Below, in pieces: positions 12,917 to 25,579 of a DNA stretch of 64,000 nt. The stretch is from assembly GCA_051362555.1 (NCBI GenBank), contig CM120643.1, forward strand, positions 6,634,001 through 6,698,000. Direction: 5' to 3'. The DNA is from Lingula anatina (Eukaryota > Animalia > Brachiopoda). Numbering within the stretch: position 1 is the stretch's first letter; each line of letters begins with the position of its first letter. A program made the position numbers and the translations under genes. The notes under the pieces were generated by a model. It made no database searches. It saw only the letters and a list, made by a program, of their open reading frames with translations, and was not told the origin of the DNA.

Positions 12917-13392
12917 AGAACACTGCCTTGCTTATCATGGATTCCTTCTCGGCGTACACAACCTACACGGTATACAAGGAACTGAGACGAGCCAACGCGA
13001 TGGCAGCCGCCATCTTGGGAGGATGTACCTCTCTGGCCCAGCCTCTGGACATGTCCCTAAACAAGCCGTTCAAGGGACATTTACAGAGGTTGTGGTCAGA
13101 GAGGATGCGGAGCACCGTAGAAGCCATCATCAAAACTGGGGGAGCATAGACAAGGTCCAAACAGCTTCCAAGGAACAAGTGCTCAAATGGATAAATGACG
13201 CATGGTCACATATTCCCGAAGAAACGATACAACACAGTCTTGATGCCATTGGCATCAATCCAGCACTCAGGGGAGAACCAGAGGTATGTCCATTCCATTA
13301 ATGGACAGCAACGGAGACAGCGACGGGGAGGAGTTCCTCGGGTTCACCCCTGATGACATCAATGACAGAAACCCTTTCAGAGACTGCATGTG
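12917..13392 (+). mobile_element. pogo/Tigger DDE_1 transposase C-terminal fragment
   Basis: LLIMDSFSA...GGCTSLAQPLDMSLNKPFK; frameshift into KEQVLKWINDAWSHIPEETIQHS. Confidence 0.9.
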
Positions 13393-13699
13393 AACAGGAT
13401 ATTGCATTAAAACAGTAAAAAAAGCCCCAAAAGAAAGAATCAGGCCCAAATATCATAAATAATTATCAAACTAGGTGATGAGTGACATCATAGAATTATA
13501 ATATTGAATCAAAATTAGTTAATGACATACCATCTTCCATGCTTTAATGGGATATGAATACTTAAGGTTGAGGAACAAACAGCGAAGGACATTTAGCGTA
13601 GCATGTTACAACAAGGAAAGAGCGCAATCTAACACAAGCAGAGACAATGGTGGATCACTTCTTTCAGATTTGGAGAGATAATGGCAGCTACATGCAGAG

Positions 13700-13930
13700 A
13701 AAAGGGACATGAACAAACTGTGTGAGTCATTGTTGTGTCCAAAACCTCTGTACACACCAGCAATCCGGCATGGACAGGACTACGAGAAATGCGCCATATG
13801 CAAATTTGAGGAGAGTCATAATCTCAAAGTCTGGAAGCCCCTTATTTGGGGGCCACACCAGATGGCTTGATTGGTGTTACTGTAGATGACATTGTGGAGG
13901 TCAAATGCCCACATAAAGGCAGACACATGA
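13700..13930 (+). mobile_element. YqaJ/lambda-exonuclease-like fragment 1 (ISL2EU-type accessory gene)
   Basis: PAIRHGQDYEKCAI...LGATPDGLI...IVEVKCP. Confidence 0.75.
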
Positions 13931-13989
13931 TAGTTGGTCTCAGACCTGATTTCCCCTTTTTGGAATATGTGTGCTATATGCCTAAAGAA

Positions 13990-14390
13990 AACAAACAAAT
14001 ACTATACTCAGCACATGCAGACAGTATGGACATTAATGTGACCCCATCACAGGCATCATATGTGGTAAGCATAACACGCGAGAAAGCGAAGTCTGCTAAG
14101 TGGGGTCAGTACAGGGTTGCCTGCATCATAGCCTCAAGAATATACGAGGCCACACGCACCACCACAGAGACTCCCTCTAAGTCCCTTATAATAGGCATAT
14201 GCTAGCAAATATATGCCATTTAAGAGTGTACAGACTGGCTGGGGTATCAGGAAGGAGCCAGTTGCCAAGAAGGAGTATAGCAAGCAGATGATTCGGCAGC
14301 ACAACAACTTCACCATGCAGGATAGTGGTCTGGTGCTTCATCCAAAGTACACGGAGTTTGGAGCCAGTCCTGATGCCCTAGCGTTTTGAT
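13990..14390 (+). mobile_element. YqaJ-like fragment 2
   Basis: ITRE...W.QYRVACIIASRI...PSKSLIIGIC*...GWGIRKEPVA...DSGLVLHPKYTEFGASPDAL. Confidence 0.75.
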
Positions 14391-14419
14391 TGTTTTGTAG
14401 CCAGTCTGGGGCTTAGTTC

Positions 14420-14760
14420 AGATGCCTCTGTCACCAGGAGAATTGCCCCCGGAAACGATCCACCGGACGTTTCCGTGAGGGAGGATGAGTGCGGTGTGGA
14501 GCAGCCAAGGGAAGAAGCTAATCCCTCGGGGTCAGCAAATCTTTATACATTATCAGTAGCGATATCACAGGGGTCGACCGTGTGGGACTGGAGGTTTCCG
14601 ACGCGCTGGTTAATCTGGTGTCGGATATTATGCGGGAGAAGATGCCGGAGGATAAATTGCAGGAGTTACGTAACAAGCATGATCGCCCAGCCAATGTGGA
14701 TGGTTTTACGGCTCCCCGCGTTAACCCCGAAATATGGACAGGGCTCACTGCTGCATTCCT
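14420..14760 (+). mobile_element. DIRS-type retrotransposon gag-like fragment
   Basis: GC-richer block; GLEVSDALVNLV...KLQELRNKHDRPANVDGFTAPRVNPEIW. Confidence 0.7.
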
Positions 14761-15252
14761 AGTAGAAAAAGGGAAAGTAGGGAAATGAGACTGCTCCTCA
14801 GCGGTCCTGCCCCTCAGTATTAAGGTTTTTAAGTATAAATATTGACTTTTCTACAATGTGCCAACAACATATAAGTGTAACTTACAATAATTCAATTATC
14901 AGTTATTACATGTCTCTTGTTTTATTTATTTATTTATTTATTTCAATTGTGCATAAATGCTCCAGACTGTTGAGCACTCTGTACCACACTCACACTTGTT
15001 ATATATAAAATTCTTTAAAATTCAACGAAACATTAGAGTCCATGCTGATGAAAGTGACAGGAAGACATGATTGAGACCAACAGTTACAGCACGTTAGCTT
15101 TGGTTATAACACTGCTAAAAACAATACCACTGGATACTTGCCCTGGGTATGCCTGTGGAAAGCCATATGTCCTAAAGGTTACGGGAATGATCACCATAAT
15201 AATAAAAGAATCAATAGAAGAAACAAAATCAAATTCACATTTACTTTTAGCT

Positions 15253-15669
15253 ATGCCTGGGCAGAAATGCAAGTACTGTAGCCTAAGATTCTCCTCATGC
15301 TCCAACAGAAGACAACATGAAGTAAGTGCCCACGAGAAATTTAAATGTCATGTCAAGAACTGCGACAGAGCGTATTTAACTGAAGAGGAATTGTTGAAAC
15401 ACAAGGAGGCCAGACACCAGGAGCCCCTGGTGTTGGCTTTCAATACAGAAGAAGAGACCTCTTTACTTGACTCAAGAAAATCACCCCAGCCTGAGCCCGC
15501 AGAGAAAAGAGAAGAGCCCCCAACAAAAGTACTAGTAAGACCCACACAAGGGAGAAAAGGGATCAGGATGGATATGACCCCCATACCGCCAATTGAGGGC
15601 TGGAGCTCAGAAGATGAGGAAGAACCCTGTACATCGCCATACCATCCCTTCCCTCCCCCATATCAATAG
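15253..15669 (+). CDS. Two-C2H2 zinc-finger ORF fragment
   Basis: CKYC...RQHEVSAH and CHVKNC...LKHKEARH after a TTTTAG acceptor; acidic, Pro-rich tail. Confidence 0.6.
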   Translation: MPGQKCKYCSLRFSSCSNRRQHEVSAHEKFKCHVKNCDRAYLTEEELLKHKEARHQEPLVLAFNTEEETSLLDSRKSPQPEPAEKREEPPTKVLVRPTQGRKGIRMDMTPIPPIEGWSSEDEEEPCTSPYHPFPPPYQ

Positions 15670-15749
15670 AGGAGGCAATTGCCAAATTGTATGCTCGGGT
15701 CAGGAAATTTTCGGAGAAAGAAGTAATTTATCCAGATAATTAAAATTAA

Positions 15750-16275
15750 TTTTGTGAAAAAAAGCGGTCGTCAGTTTTTTTTAAACTTTCCAGATTTGAT
15801 GTTCAGGTTATCTTTAAGAAAAAGAAAAAACATAGGGTCACCAGCCTTACTTTATGGCAAATGGACAAACTTTTACTCAAGGTTGAAGAAAAAGCTTGAA
15901 AAAGCCAAAAATGCCTGTTTTTCTGGAAATTTAAGTTAGCTGTTAGAAAAAATTAGACTGGTGACCCTTTGTTTTTGTTTTCTTAAAATTATCTTAACTA
16001 CCTGAGCATTAAACTGGAAAGTTAAAAAAAAAAAAATCTGATGACCCATAGACGGATACGGGGGGGGGGGGGGGGGGGGGGGCGCATGGGATCTGACCCC
16101 CCCCCCCCTTTCGTCCGAAATTACCTTTTTTTGTAGGTAATTTTCCTAATTTTGGGGGGTTGGACCCCCCCCCCCTTTTCAGATCTGAGGACCTTTTTTA
16201 GGAAGTCACACTGATGTTCAAAGGTTGGACCCCCCCTTTCCAAAATCCTGTATATGCGACCGCTTTTTTCACAAC
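15750..16275. mobile_element. Inverted-repeat MITE with nested ~210-bp G/C-tract element (~16048-16257)
   Basis: AAAAGCGGTCGTCAG...GGGTCACCAG is mirrored by CTGGTGACCC...CTGATGACC[insert]GACCGCTTTT. Confidence 0.55.
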
Positions 16276-17499
16276 ATTAATTTTAATGAAAAAGGGGTAA
16301 AACATGCAAGGGTTTTTTGAGGGGTAATTACCCATATAATTTCCTTTATGGTGATATACACATTTAAAAATGTTATCAATAGATGGTACTAGGTATGTCA
16401 GTTTCACAGAAAAATACATTAAAAAATACTGCATATTCACAAACTGCCCTTTACTTTCTGAGGCAATATAGGACCTGACCTTAAGTGAAAATGGTTAACT
16501 TGACTGAAATAAAAATAAAAAGTATATATATATATATAGCAACATACTCATGATAGAAATGTTGGAATTTATATGCCGTCTATATTCATGTAGTGTCCAT
16601 ACTCACAATATTGTTAAGTGCTTCATACGGAAATAATTCAGAATTACGAGGATGTTAAAATTTGGATTTTCGATAATTTAAGTTGAGCCACCCACCCACT
16701 ATTTGGAAGTCGGATCCAAATTTAAAAAAAAATGATATTAATTTTGTGAGTCGCCCCTTATGATGTCCTAACCTAACATAAAACTCAGACTGGCGGGAGC
16801 AGGAAAGTTGATAATCGTGACATTAGGCGTCAGAGCGAGGTTATTCTCTGTGTGCGCAAGCTCCCGGCGCGGCTGGCGGGATATTCAAAGCTTTGCTGTG
16901 CGAGCGCTGGAGAAGCAACGGCACATTGAAACGGACGAGTGTGTAACGGTAAGACATCTTTTGCTCTATTAACATTTGTCAGAAAAAAAACAGTTTTAAG
17001 AATACCAGTGTTCAGATATTCAACTAAAAGAAAGCTGTACTGACACAGCAAGGCAAGATCATCATGTTTCGCTAGTGAACTATATTCTAACCTGAGTGAG
17101 GGCGGCCATCTTGTCATGTTTGTCTCTGCATGCAGAATCCGGCCGTGAATATTTGTCCTTTATGATTTTGGGGCAGCTTATAGATTTATAATTTCATAAA
17201 TTTGTCAGGAACCAAGGGTATGACAATAAGTGGGCTCAACTGTATCATAATGGTTAGTTGTAAAATATCAATCACATTATAATAGTTATGTGAAAAAGGA
17301 ATTTTGTAACCTTTTGTACAATTGCAGAATGTCTCCTGAGAAATTTCAAGACTTCCAAAAAAGAAGTTGACAGCCTGATGGCCAAACAACTTCAGTTTGC
17401 TCCATACCGGACTGGAGGTGGAAAGGAAAATAGCGGCTGTAAAACCCCCCAAAAATAAATTAGAACTTTCTTATGTTAACGCGCTATCTCCTTTCTCTG

Positions 17500-17972
17500 G
17501 GGATATTCAGACTAATAATTAACCAACAGCAACCACTACAAAAGACTATTTGGAAATATGATAAGCTAATGTAGTAGGAATAAATAATGAAATAAATGGC
17601 ATTGATTGGGAAAACTTTTTTCGACACTTAGATAATGTGCATGAAATTGCTAGAAACTTTACAGACAAACTACTATCTATCTATAAGAAGTACATACCAC
17701 AAAAAAAAAAAAAAAAAAGAAATATTAAAGCGAATGACAAACCTTGGTTCTGTGACAGGTTATGGCATGAAATTCTCAGAAAAAAGAAATTATATGCTAA
17801 AATGAGAATTACTCCTAAGCAGGATAATACAAATGGTTATAAGGCTCAGTCTGCTCTGGTAAATAAACTGATAAAGGACACAAAGGAAGCCTATTACAAT
17901 AGTCTAATTGATGGCCTTGATGAAAAATTAGGCGGACGTAAACTGTACTGGCGAACTATTAACTGTACCTAA
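17500..17972 (+). mobile_element. LINE ORF2 EN-RT linker fragment
   Basis: WKYDK...INGIDWENFF...KKYIP...NDKPWF...YYNSLI...LYWRTIN. Confidence 0.8.
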
Positions 17973-18269
17973 TTATATTGCTAATATGAAACCTGCCATT
18001 TCTCTACATTAGTATAACAGTAAAAAAACATATTTACTTGTATTTGACCTTATAGTGTTATTTTATTTCAGCATAGGACATTTACTCACATTTTTGAATA
18101 TGGGAAACAGGAAACGTTTGCAGTTGCGTCCATTTTGGAGAATACACTTGAAAATGTTGCTAAAAAGGTTCTTCAGAATGAACAAGCCAGCATCAGGTAC
18201 CTGTCCATTTTATTTACAAATGCATAAATGAAAACAGCTAGTATGTTTTTTTATTCTGTTGTACGTAGC

Positions 18270-18650
18270 AGAGCAAGAGTTCTCTTAGAAATATTTTGTG
18301 CTCAGATTGATTGTTTGTATTTACCTCGAAATGAAACTTACAATGTACATTGCCTTGTTCATTTATGTGACAAAGTAATTGAATTGGGTCCCTTATGGAC
18401 ACAGTCTTGTTTTTCTATGAAGATCTGAATGGGGATTTGAGAAAACTATTCCATGGGACAAGCTCTGTGAAATTACAGATTTCATCTGTTGTACAGTTGT
18501 TATTCACCAACAATTACCAGATCTTGGGAAGCAATTAGTTCCAGGTTCAGAAACTGAGACATTCTATTTGAAATCAGCAAAGAAAACATTACCTCACAAC
18601 AGTCACTGCTATTTGGACACAGTTATGCAGTAGGGCATTTTGTCAGCTGA
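18270..18650 (+). mobile_element. EnSpm/CACTA transposase C-terminal fragment
   Basis: TYNVHCLVHLCDKVIELGPLWTQSCF, then a frameshift into EDLNGDLRKLFHGT. Confidence 0.8.
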
Positions 18651-19723
18651 AATCTTTTGGATGGAACTAGAGAATTGATAAAAATATTTGTGGCCCAATC
18701 AAAAGGGTACACAATTGTGCTATTCTCTCATGAGTGACATTACTTTTCAATCTCTTTCATACAGGAACTGTGCAGACCGCAGAAAATTTCTGATAAGTGT
18801 AATACTTTTTAATGAAGTCGCGGGCATAGGCACATAAGTAGTTATGTAATTGTTCCTATCACTTTAATTGATCCCAGTCAACTTTAATTTTATCTCACTT
18901 TATTATCCTTTATCGAAAGTTACAATAATTTGCAGCCGTGCGGTCTGTCACACCAATATATAAGGTATAAAACCAGGCAGCCGCCTAGAAATAAATAGTT
19001 ATAGATTTTATAACTAAGCTGTGGTGTTGCATTGCTTTTCTCTCTTGGCATAACCCAAGTCAGGAATCGTGGACCGAACCTTGAATATTCAGCAGACGGA
19101 TTAGAGACCTTTGAGTAAAATATACCCTGCAGTATCTGTAAGAACTCAGTACAGATTGGGCGACACACACGATTCCGTTTTAGGATTTTTGTTATCATGG
19201 AGAGATTTGGAGCAGCGCGCAGTGAAGATGGCTGAAGGAAACAACAATCAGGAACAAGACGCAGATATCACGCCAGGTATGGACAGGTTTGCATATACTT
19301 TGGACATTTTGGCTAAAGATTTACAAGGTAAGCAACAAAGAGTAATTAGACAAAGTAGGATAGATGACGCATCATCAGGCAATAAGTCCGTGTGACGGAA
19401 GCATCCCATCGGAGGTCTGGTCTTACATAGACAAGTTAGACGTCTTAAACGAAACAGGACACAATATTCCGGGTAGAGTAGTAAAATATATTGCAAAATC
19501 TGCAAAAGGGGCCTTGTGAGTGGATTTGGAAAGGTTTTTAAACTCCAAATCCGACAGAAACTGGATTGCTTGGCACACACTACGCAATCACAGCAACAAT
19601 TTCCAGCAACAATGTCCACCACCCATCTGAAGCTTCCGAGACAAAATGAAAAAATCCTAAACAAGGCCCAGGTGATTTGTTATTTAGAGCCCAACTATAT
19701 GACCACAACTGGACAGCTATATG

Positions 19724-20498
19724 TATGGAACGCCATTCACGCAAAAAATACACCACGCAATTTAAGAGTGTATTTTTTTTCAAAAGTGTATTTTTTTCTA
19801 ACAATGTAGTCGGATCATTCAATAACGTAGTCCCGTAATCTTATAATGTAGTACCACTCATCAAAAGTGTAATTGGAAAAGCGCCACGCATCGTGAGGTC
19901 CGCAACTCATTGCGGAGAATTCAGTATCCATGATCAGCAAATCTGAGAGCTACGTGCGGTTTGAGACAGACCTGGGCGGACAATTTACGGTTTTACCTGC
20001 CACTATTTCCTTAGGACTCAATATACTCAACCTTTGTAGCTGGTATCCAGCAGCTGAGAGTAAGAATCCTCACGATAGGTGGCGCTTTTCCAAGATAGCC
20101 AACAGATAATACAACAACAGATCGCTGCGCCATCTGGTGTCTAATGATGTCATTACTATTCTTGCAGGATTAAACTTTTGGCGCGACGTTACACTTTTGA
20201 CGAGTGGTACTACATTATAAGATTACGGGACTACATTATTAAATGATCTGACTACATTGTTAGAAAAAAATACACTTTTGAAAAAAAATACACTCTTAAA
20301 TTGCGTGGTATATTTTTTGCGTGAATGGCGTTAAACTTTTGGCGCGACGTTACACTTTTGACGAGTGGTACTACATTATAAGATTACGGGACTACATTAT
20401 TAAATGATCCGACTACATTGTTAGAAAAAAATACACTTTTGAAAAAAAATACACTCTTAAATTGCGTGGTGTATTTTTTGCGTGAATGGCGTTCCATA
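19724..20498. mobile_element. Non-autonomous TIR element, IS3EU-like (TATGG...CCATA, 6-bp TSD)
   Basis: ~150-bp TIRs; TSD TATATG at 19718-19723 and 20499-20504; right arm carries a 160-bp tandem duplication (20171-20490). Confidence 0.8.
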
Positions 20499-20504
20499 TA
20501 TATG

Positions 20505-20760
20505 GCTTCGCCCAACTGTTTATGTGGGAAACCCGCAAACCATTCAACATTTTTCCTTCAGTGCCCACTGAAACAGTGGAAATATTGTGATCTCTACGAA
20601 TCTGTTGAAGATATACTTGGTGTAACCTATGCATATTTCAGAACCCAACTAGATAAGATATCCCTGTTCCTACATGGCCAAAAACACTAACATCTGGACC
20701 AAATGATAAAATTTTTGAAATAGTGTAGAATTTCTTAATGAAAAATGTCTGAATCTTCTT
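20505..20760 (+). mobile_element. LINE ORF2 C-terminal Cys/His remnant
   Basis: ASPNCLCGKP...FFLQCP motif typical of non-LTR element C-termini. Confidence 0.55.
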
Positions 20761-21119
20761 CCATATCTGTTCTAGCGCCTACCACTCTCTCCTGATGGCC
20801 TATTGCCCCCCCCTACAAATACCTTTCCCCCTTGCCCTGTCCCTCACTCCTCTCAAATGTCACTCATGTCCTTGTCACTGTCTTTTCCTTGAATATTATT
20901 ATTATTTTTAATAATTATTATCTTATTATCTTATATTAGTATCGTTATTATTATTTAATTTCAAAGGTGAGCATGTAATGCCTTGGCGAATTGCCACCTT
21001 CAATTATACTGCAACAATATTTAACCTTCATGAGAATAAAGTTGTTTAAAAACAAACACACACACACTACGCAAGCACATAGAATGGTCTTCTCTTTCGC
21101 CACACGAACCAGAAAAACA

Positions 21120-21210
21120 AAAATTGGAGTTAGAAATTATTACATATCACCCACTGACAAATGGACTGGATGAGAGGACCAACCAAACTCTTAAAGCACG
21201 ACTCAGCTAT
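21120..21210 (+). mobile_element. Ginger/Gypsy-type integrase core fragment
   Basis: TYHPLTNGLDERTNQTLKARL. Confidence 0.75.
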
Positions 21211-24132
21211 AGTGTTTTCTGTCACTGCTGAGAGGATCCTGGGGTTCCTGTGCGCAGAGGCGGCCACATAAATAAGAACATCCCACCAAAGATCCACCCA
21301 CAAGATCTGCACAAGAAAGCTGATATCACGCTCTCTCCTCCACTTGAAGAAAACGTGGAGGGGAGAGAAAGAAAACTCAAGCCGCACTGTCCCTAATATA
21401 CACCCACCAAACACAACACGTTCTTACCACGCGGAGAAATGTGGTATATATGACTTGGGATATCAATGCAGTATCAATGTTATCAGTGGAGCACCAACAT
21501 GAAATCCAGGTGTCCATTAGGTCTCAGTAGACAAGACACTTGTAGTCACATGCTTTTAAACAACAAAGAGCAAATCTCTTAAAATTTCTACTCAGCCAGC
21601 GACTCAGACTAATTTTGGAACCTGGTATAAGCTTATCATGAGTAAGGGCAGTGAGGTCACCTGTGTCTAGATCATGAAGGAATGAATTATAAGTTCATCC
21701 AAAAAGTTTTCCAACCTATTTAATGTTAATTTTCACACATTTTCTTCATTCTAACAATCAGAATCAGTTACAAGAAATTATAGGAAAAGTGTTCTGGATG
21801 GTGGCATCATTAGACTTGACCTTCACACATTTAAATTTAACGATGCATTTACACTGGGTTCGGCTGCATTCATGATGATGTAAGGTGCTCACATAATGAA
21901 GTCAGTTTGCATTCAGAATATTGCATACTGTGCCTCCACTAGTAAACAGCGTACCATGTAAGGGTTAGTAAGTAATGGGTGGTTTTAACGTGGAAATTTC
22001 TAACCTGTGTACATGCCTCATTAGGGTTAAAGAGTCTAAAAGGATGGTAGAAAGAATTAGGCTGCCTGCATTGGGTACAAGATGCACAGATTATTCTATG
22101 TGTGATTAATGGATGAATATTGTGACTTAGTTTAAAACGTTCTTTTGATGATACAGAGACGATACCTCAGCACCTGAGACTCTGTAAGAAGAATGATCCA
22201 AAAATTGGGATCCAACAGATTGTGGGCAAACTTCGGCCTCAAAGGGAGAAAGAGAAAGAAGCCATTTAACAACTTAGCTATTTGTGCAGTAATTATCAGT
22301 AATGTTTATTTATAGAATACAAAGCTAAATTTTGTGTTCAATCATTACAAACTTGTTTTATTATTGCAGATGGATTGAGAAAGAGATGCAGTGCGACTAA
22401 GGTTGGATACCTGTTTTTGAAGTGGATAGCACTTCGTTGTGATCTCCAGATGTATCCATGCCTCATACACGGGATAAGGGTCAGGCAGGCAGGCTGGGAA
22501 AGGCTCAAGGATCTTCCGGAGTCTCTCTGTTTACATGTGAAGGAAGAAGCGATAGTCTCTCTCTGCCATCTCTTCTTGCTTATTTCAGTTATATGACATT
22601 ACAATGGCATTTCGGGATTTTTAGTTTTTCAAATATTGCAGTATGTTATATGTAATTATGTTATTTGACAGACTCCGGCTCAATAATTGACAAGGGAAAG
22701 AGAGTAATATACTATATGTTTCAGACAACAAAGTTTGTTATGGTAGTAAGTAGTGTTGTTAGAAATAAAGTTAGCTGGAAGCACTGTAGGTGAAATTTGG
22801 TGACGGTTTTTATTTTTATAATCAACACAATATATTATAGTACACTGTATATGTTTCAGAGGGCTAAGTTTGTTACGGTAGTAAAAAGTGTTTTGTGTAT
22901 ATCATGTTGCCATAACATATATACCGAATATTTTGCCTTGATACAAATAGAGTTGGCTGGCAGCAATGTAGGTCGAATTTGGTGTCGGTTTTTATTTTTA
23001 TAATCAAGATACATATATGTAAACCAATTTCAGCATATGTATGGGTTGGAATAGAGTTGTTCTTTTTTTCAATCTATAATAATCTACACTATTCACATCA
23101 GGGATCTTCATCTCAGTTAAGCCACCTTGTCAGTGAAGACGAGCAAGAATATAATTTGAATAGAAATGGCACGAATTATAAAAGTTATAGTAATACTATT
23201 TGTATTCAGTGTACCTATGACCAAAGCTTGGGAATTTCACTACTGGCAAACACTTTTGAATTCAATAAAATTTATCTTAAGCTTGTAATTTATAATGCTA
23301 TGTGTGTGTTGTATGTACGGAGGAAGGGACCACTACTGATAAAATAATAGTGCCAGAATTAGCAACGATGTGGACAAAATATTTAAAGGATAACAACTGT
23401 TTGTAAGAGATTCATATGTCACAATCGAAGTTAACAACTCATAGAAGTAAATAAGTTCTCTTTACCACCAAAAACATGCAATTATTCTAGTAACCTCTGA
23501 AAACTAAAATAGTTCGATAGTGCAGATAAGACAAAATATTACTGAAAGAAGCTTATAAACCTTAAAACTCAGCGACTAACTAAGCATGTCAAGTTTAAAG
23601 AATCTCTTTTAATCAAAACGGCGATGAGTGAAGCAGAACAACACTGAATGATTAACTGACATTCAGAAAATGAAGCAAGATTATCTTATGTTAAATCATT
23701 ACATAAACAAATCAAGCAGCTGCACAGAATGGAGAACTTATTAAAAATAAAAGTTAGAGTCAGTTGCGCAAGGCAAATGGCACTGTATGAAGTCTGATAA
23801 AGATCGTGACTCTGTGTGACCTTCGTTCCTTTTGAACCCCAAAATCATTCCTATCGAAATATATATAATGTTAAGTTTAAAATAAACAATAACCGGTCAG
23901 CATTACCATTTGCCCTTTACCAGTATCAAACGCAGAATTAGCATGCAATTAAATATTACAAAACACAATACAAAATATAATTTAACATAACAGAAGAGAT
24001 GAAAAGCATTAATAAGTATTATTTCCAAAAAAAAATAACACAGAGGTTTAGGGACACAGTCACATTCTCAATGCAAAAACTGAATTGCCTAAATACATAT
24101 TTACCCATTTTTACATCCAATATTTTTCTGTA

Positions 24133-24216
24133 GCTGGTAGATGACCTTCAGAAAGAGTGGGAAATCAAACACAAGATTACAGTTGCATACCACCCACAGA
24201 CAAATGGGTTAGATGA
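24133..24216 (+). mobile_element. Ginger integrase exon fragment
   Basis: CTGTAG acceptor, then LVDDLQKEWEIKHKITVAYHPQTNGLD. Confidence 0.75.
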
Positions 24217-24826
24217 TTTCTTATGAAAAACAAAAAAGAAGCAGGCAATTTTTGCCAAAGTGGACAGTTGGCAGGCCTTGGTTAAAAAATACACCAACTG
24301 GCATGACTTGCACTGTGTGCATAGAACATGAGGAGGCACTGAAAGGGCAGGGTGCAATACAGTCCAGAGTTTTTATTGATGGGTGCAACAGCATGAAATC
24401 TGAGAGCATCTCCCTACATGAGAAATCACAGGCTCACAGGCTACCACTTAGCATTGATTCTAGGTGAGAAAAACCCATGCTAATTTACATATATAATAAA
24501 TATAAATTTACATATAAATATAACATAAATATAAAATATAATAGTAATATTGAATTATATATAATGATGATGATGATGAGCTAGCAGAGGAGGATGTGTA
24601 CAAACAGTTAAAGGAACTGACTGGAATACGAATGTGTTTAGATGATCATATAGAAATGAAAATGGATGTTAAACATGTATGCGTTTTTGTAATATATCTA
24701 GTAGCTTGAAACTACTAATTTTTAACGTAAAATTTTACGGACCAGTACTTCTTGGTACGGACTAGTACCTCTAAGGTCCACTGGTCCGTATTGGCCAGTC
24801 CTGCCCAAATTCTGTAATGACCCCTG
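24217..24826 (+). mobile_element. Internally deleted hAT remnant: TTF-type zinc finger plus 3' terminus
   Basis: RQFLPKW...RPWL...MTCTVC...FIDGC...LHEKSQAH; subterminal CGGAC(C/T)AGT repeats ending ...CCCCTG. Confidence 0.7.
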
Positions 24827-25075
24827 TGACAATGGTGCAGTGCTTAAGCACTGAATGACCTGTTCAACAGCCCAAAGTGATTGAAATGAAATAAATAAAT
24901 ACTATAAAATGAGACAGTGATTGAAATGAAAGAAATACTAGATAATATACAATAATATTTATTTATTTCTCTTGCAGGTGTTACATATACAGAAACGACA
25001 AAGCTCGATGTAACAAAATAAGAAATCCTGATGCAATAGCTCTAAAACAAGAAAACCCTACCTGATGATGTTAAC

Positions 25076-25575
25076 ATGCACAATTTCGGATGGACCACAT
25101 GTATTTCCCCATTACCCCAAAATCTACATTCATATATCTATGGTCACCTTGGGGGAAAAACTGAAAAACATTTTTCTGCCGGGTATAATATGTTCAAGTG
25201 TGGAAAAGTTAGAAATATTTTGCTTCGAGAAAATCTAGAATGTGTAGAAGTAAAGGGGGTGGTAAATTCAAGCTACAAAAAAGACAATTATTCTGTATTT
25301 ACTTCTATTTCAAAAAACCAGATGCACATTGATGGAAGGTGTAAATGTGTGTCAGGAGGCAGTGGGAAATGCAAGCACGTTGCTGCTGTACTCTTTCAGT
25401 TGTCAGATTACAACTGAGTGGTGTGAAAAACATCCCCGAGGTGCTTGCCTGCACAGAAAAGCCACGTCAATGGGGGGTGAAAAATTCTGCAGTTAAAGTG
25501 TCTGACAAATTTTCTGACTTGGTGTTTGTAAAATATGGAATGGAAAAAAACAATGAAAAGAATTTACAAAGCACA
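25076..25575 (+). mobile_element. SWIM zinc-finger fragment (TE accessory gene, usually upstream of YqaJ)
   Basis: VEVKGVVNSSYKK...CKCVSGGSGKCKHVAAVLF...ACTEKPRQWG. Confidence 0.75.
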
Positions 25576-25579
25576 GAGA

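Noticed and set aside
19228-19660. Possible retrotransposon gag ORF
   Set aside because: Frameshifted and no diagnostic motif I can name with confidence
21620-22600. Exon-like remnants (HECT-like on minus, TE accessory-like on plus)
   Set aside because: Multiple stops, and similarity too weak to assign by eye
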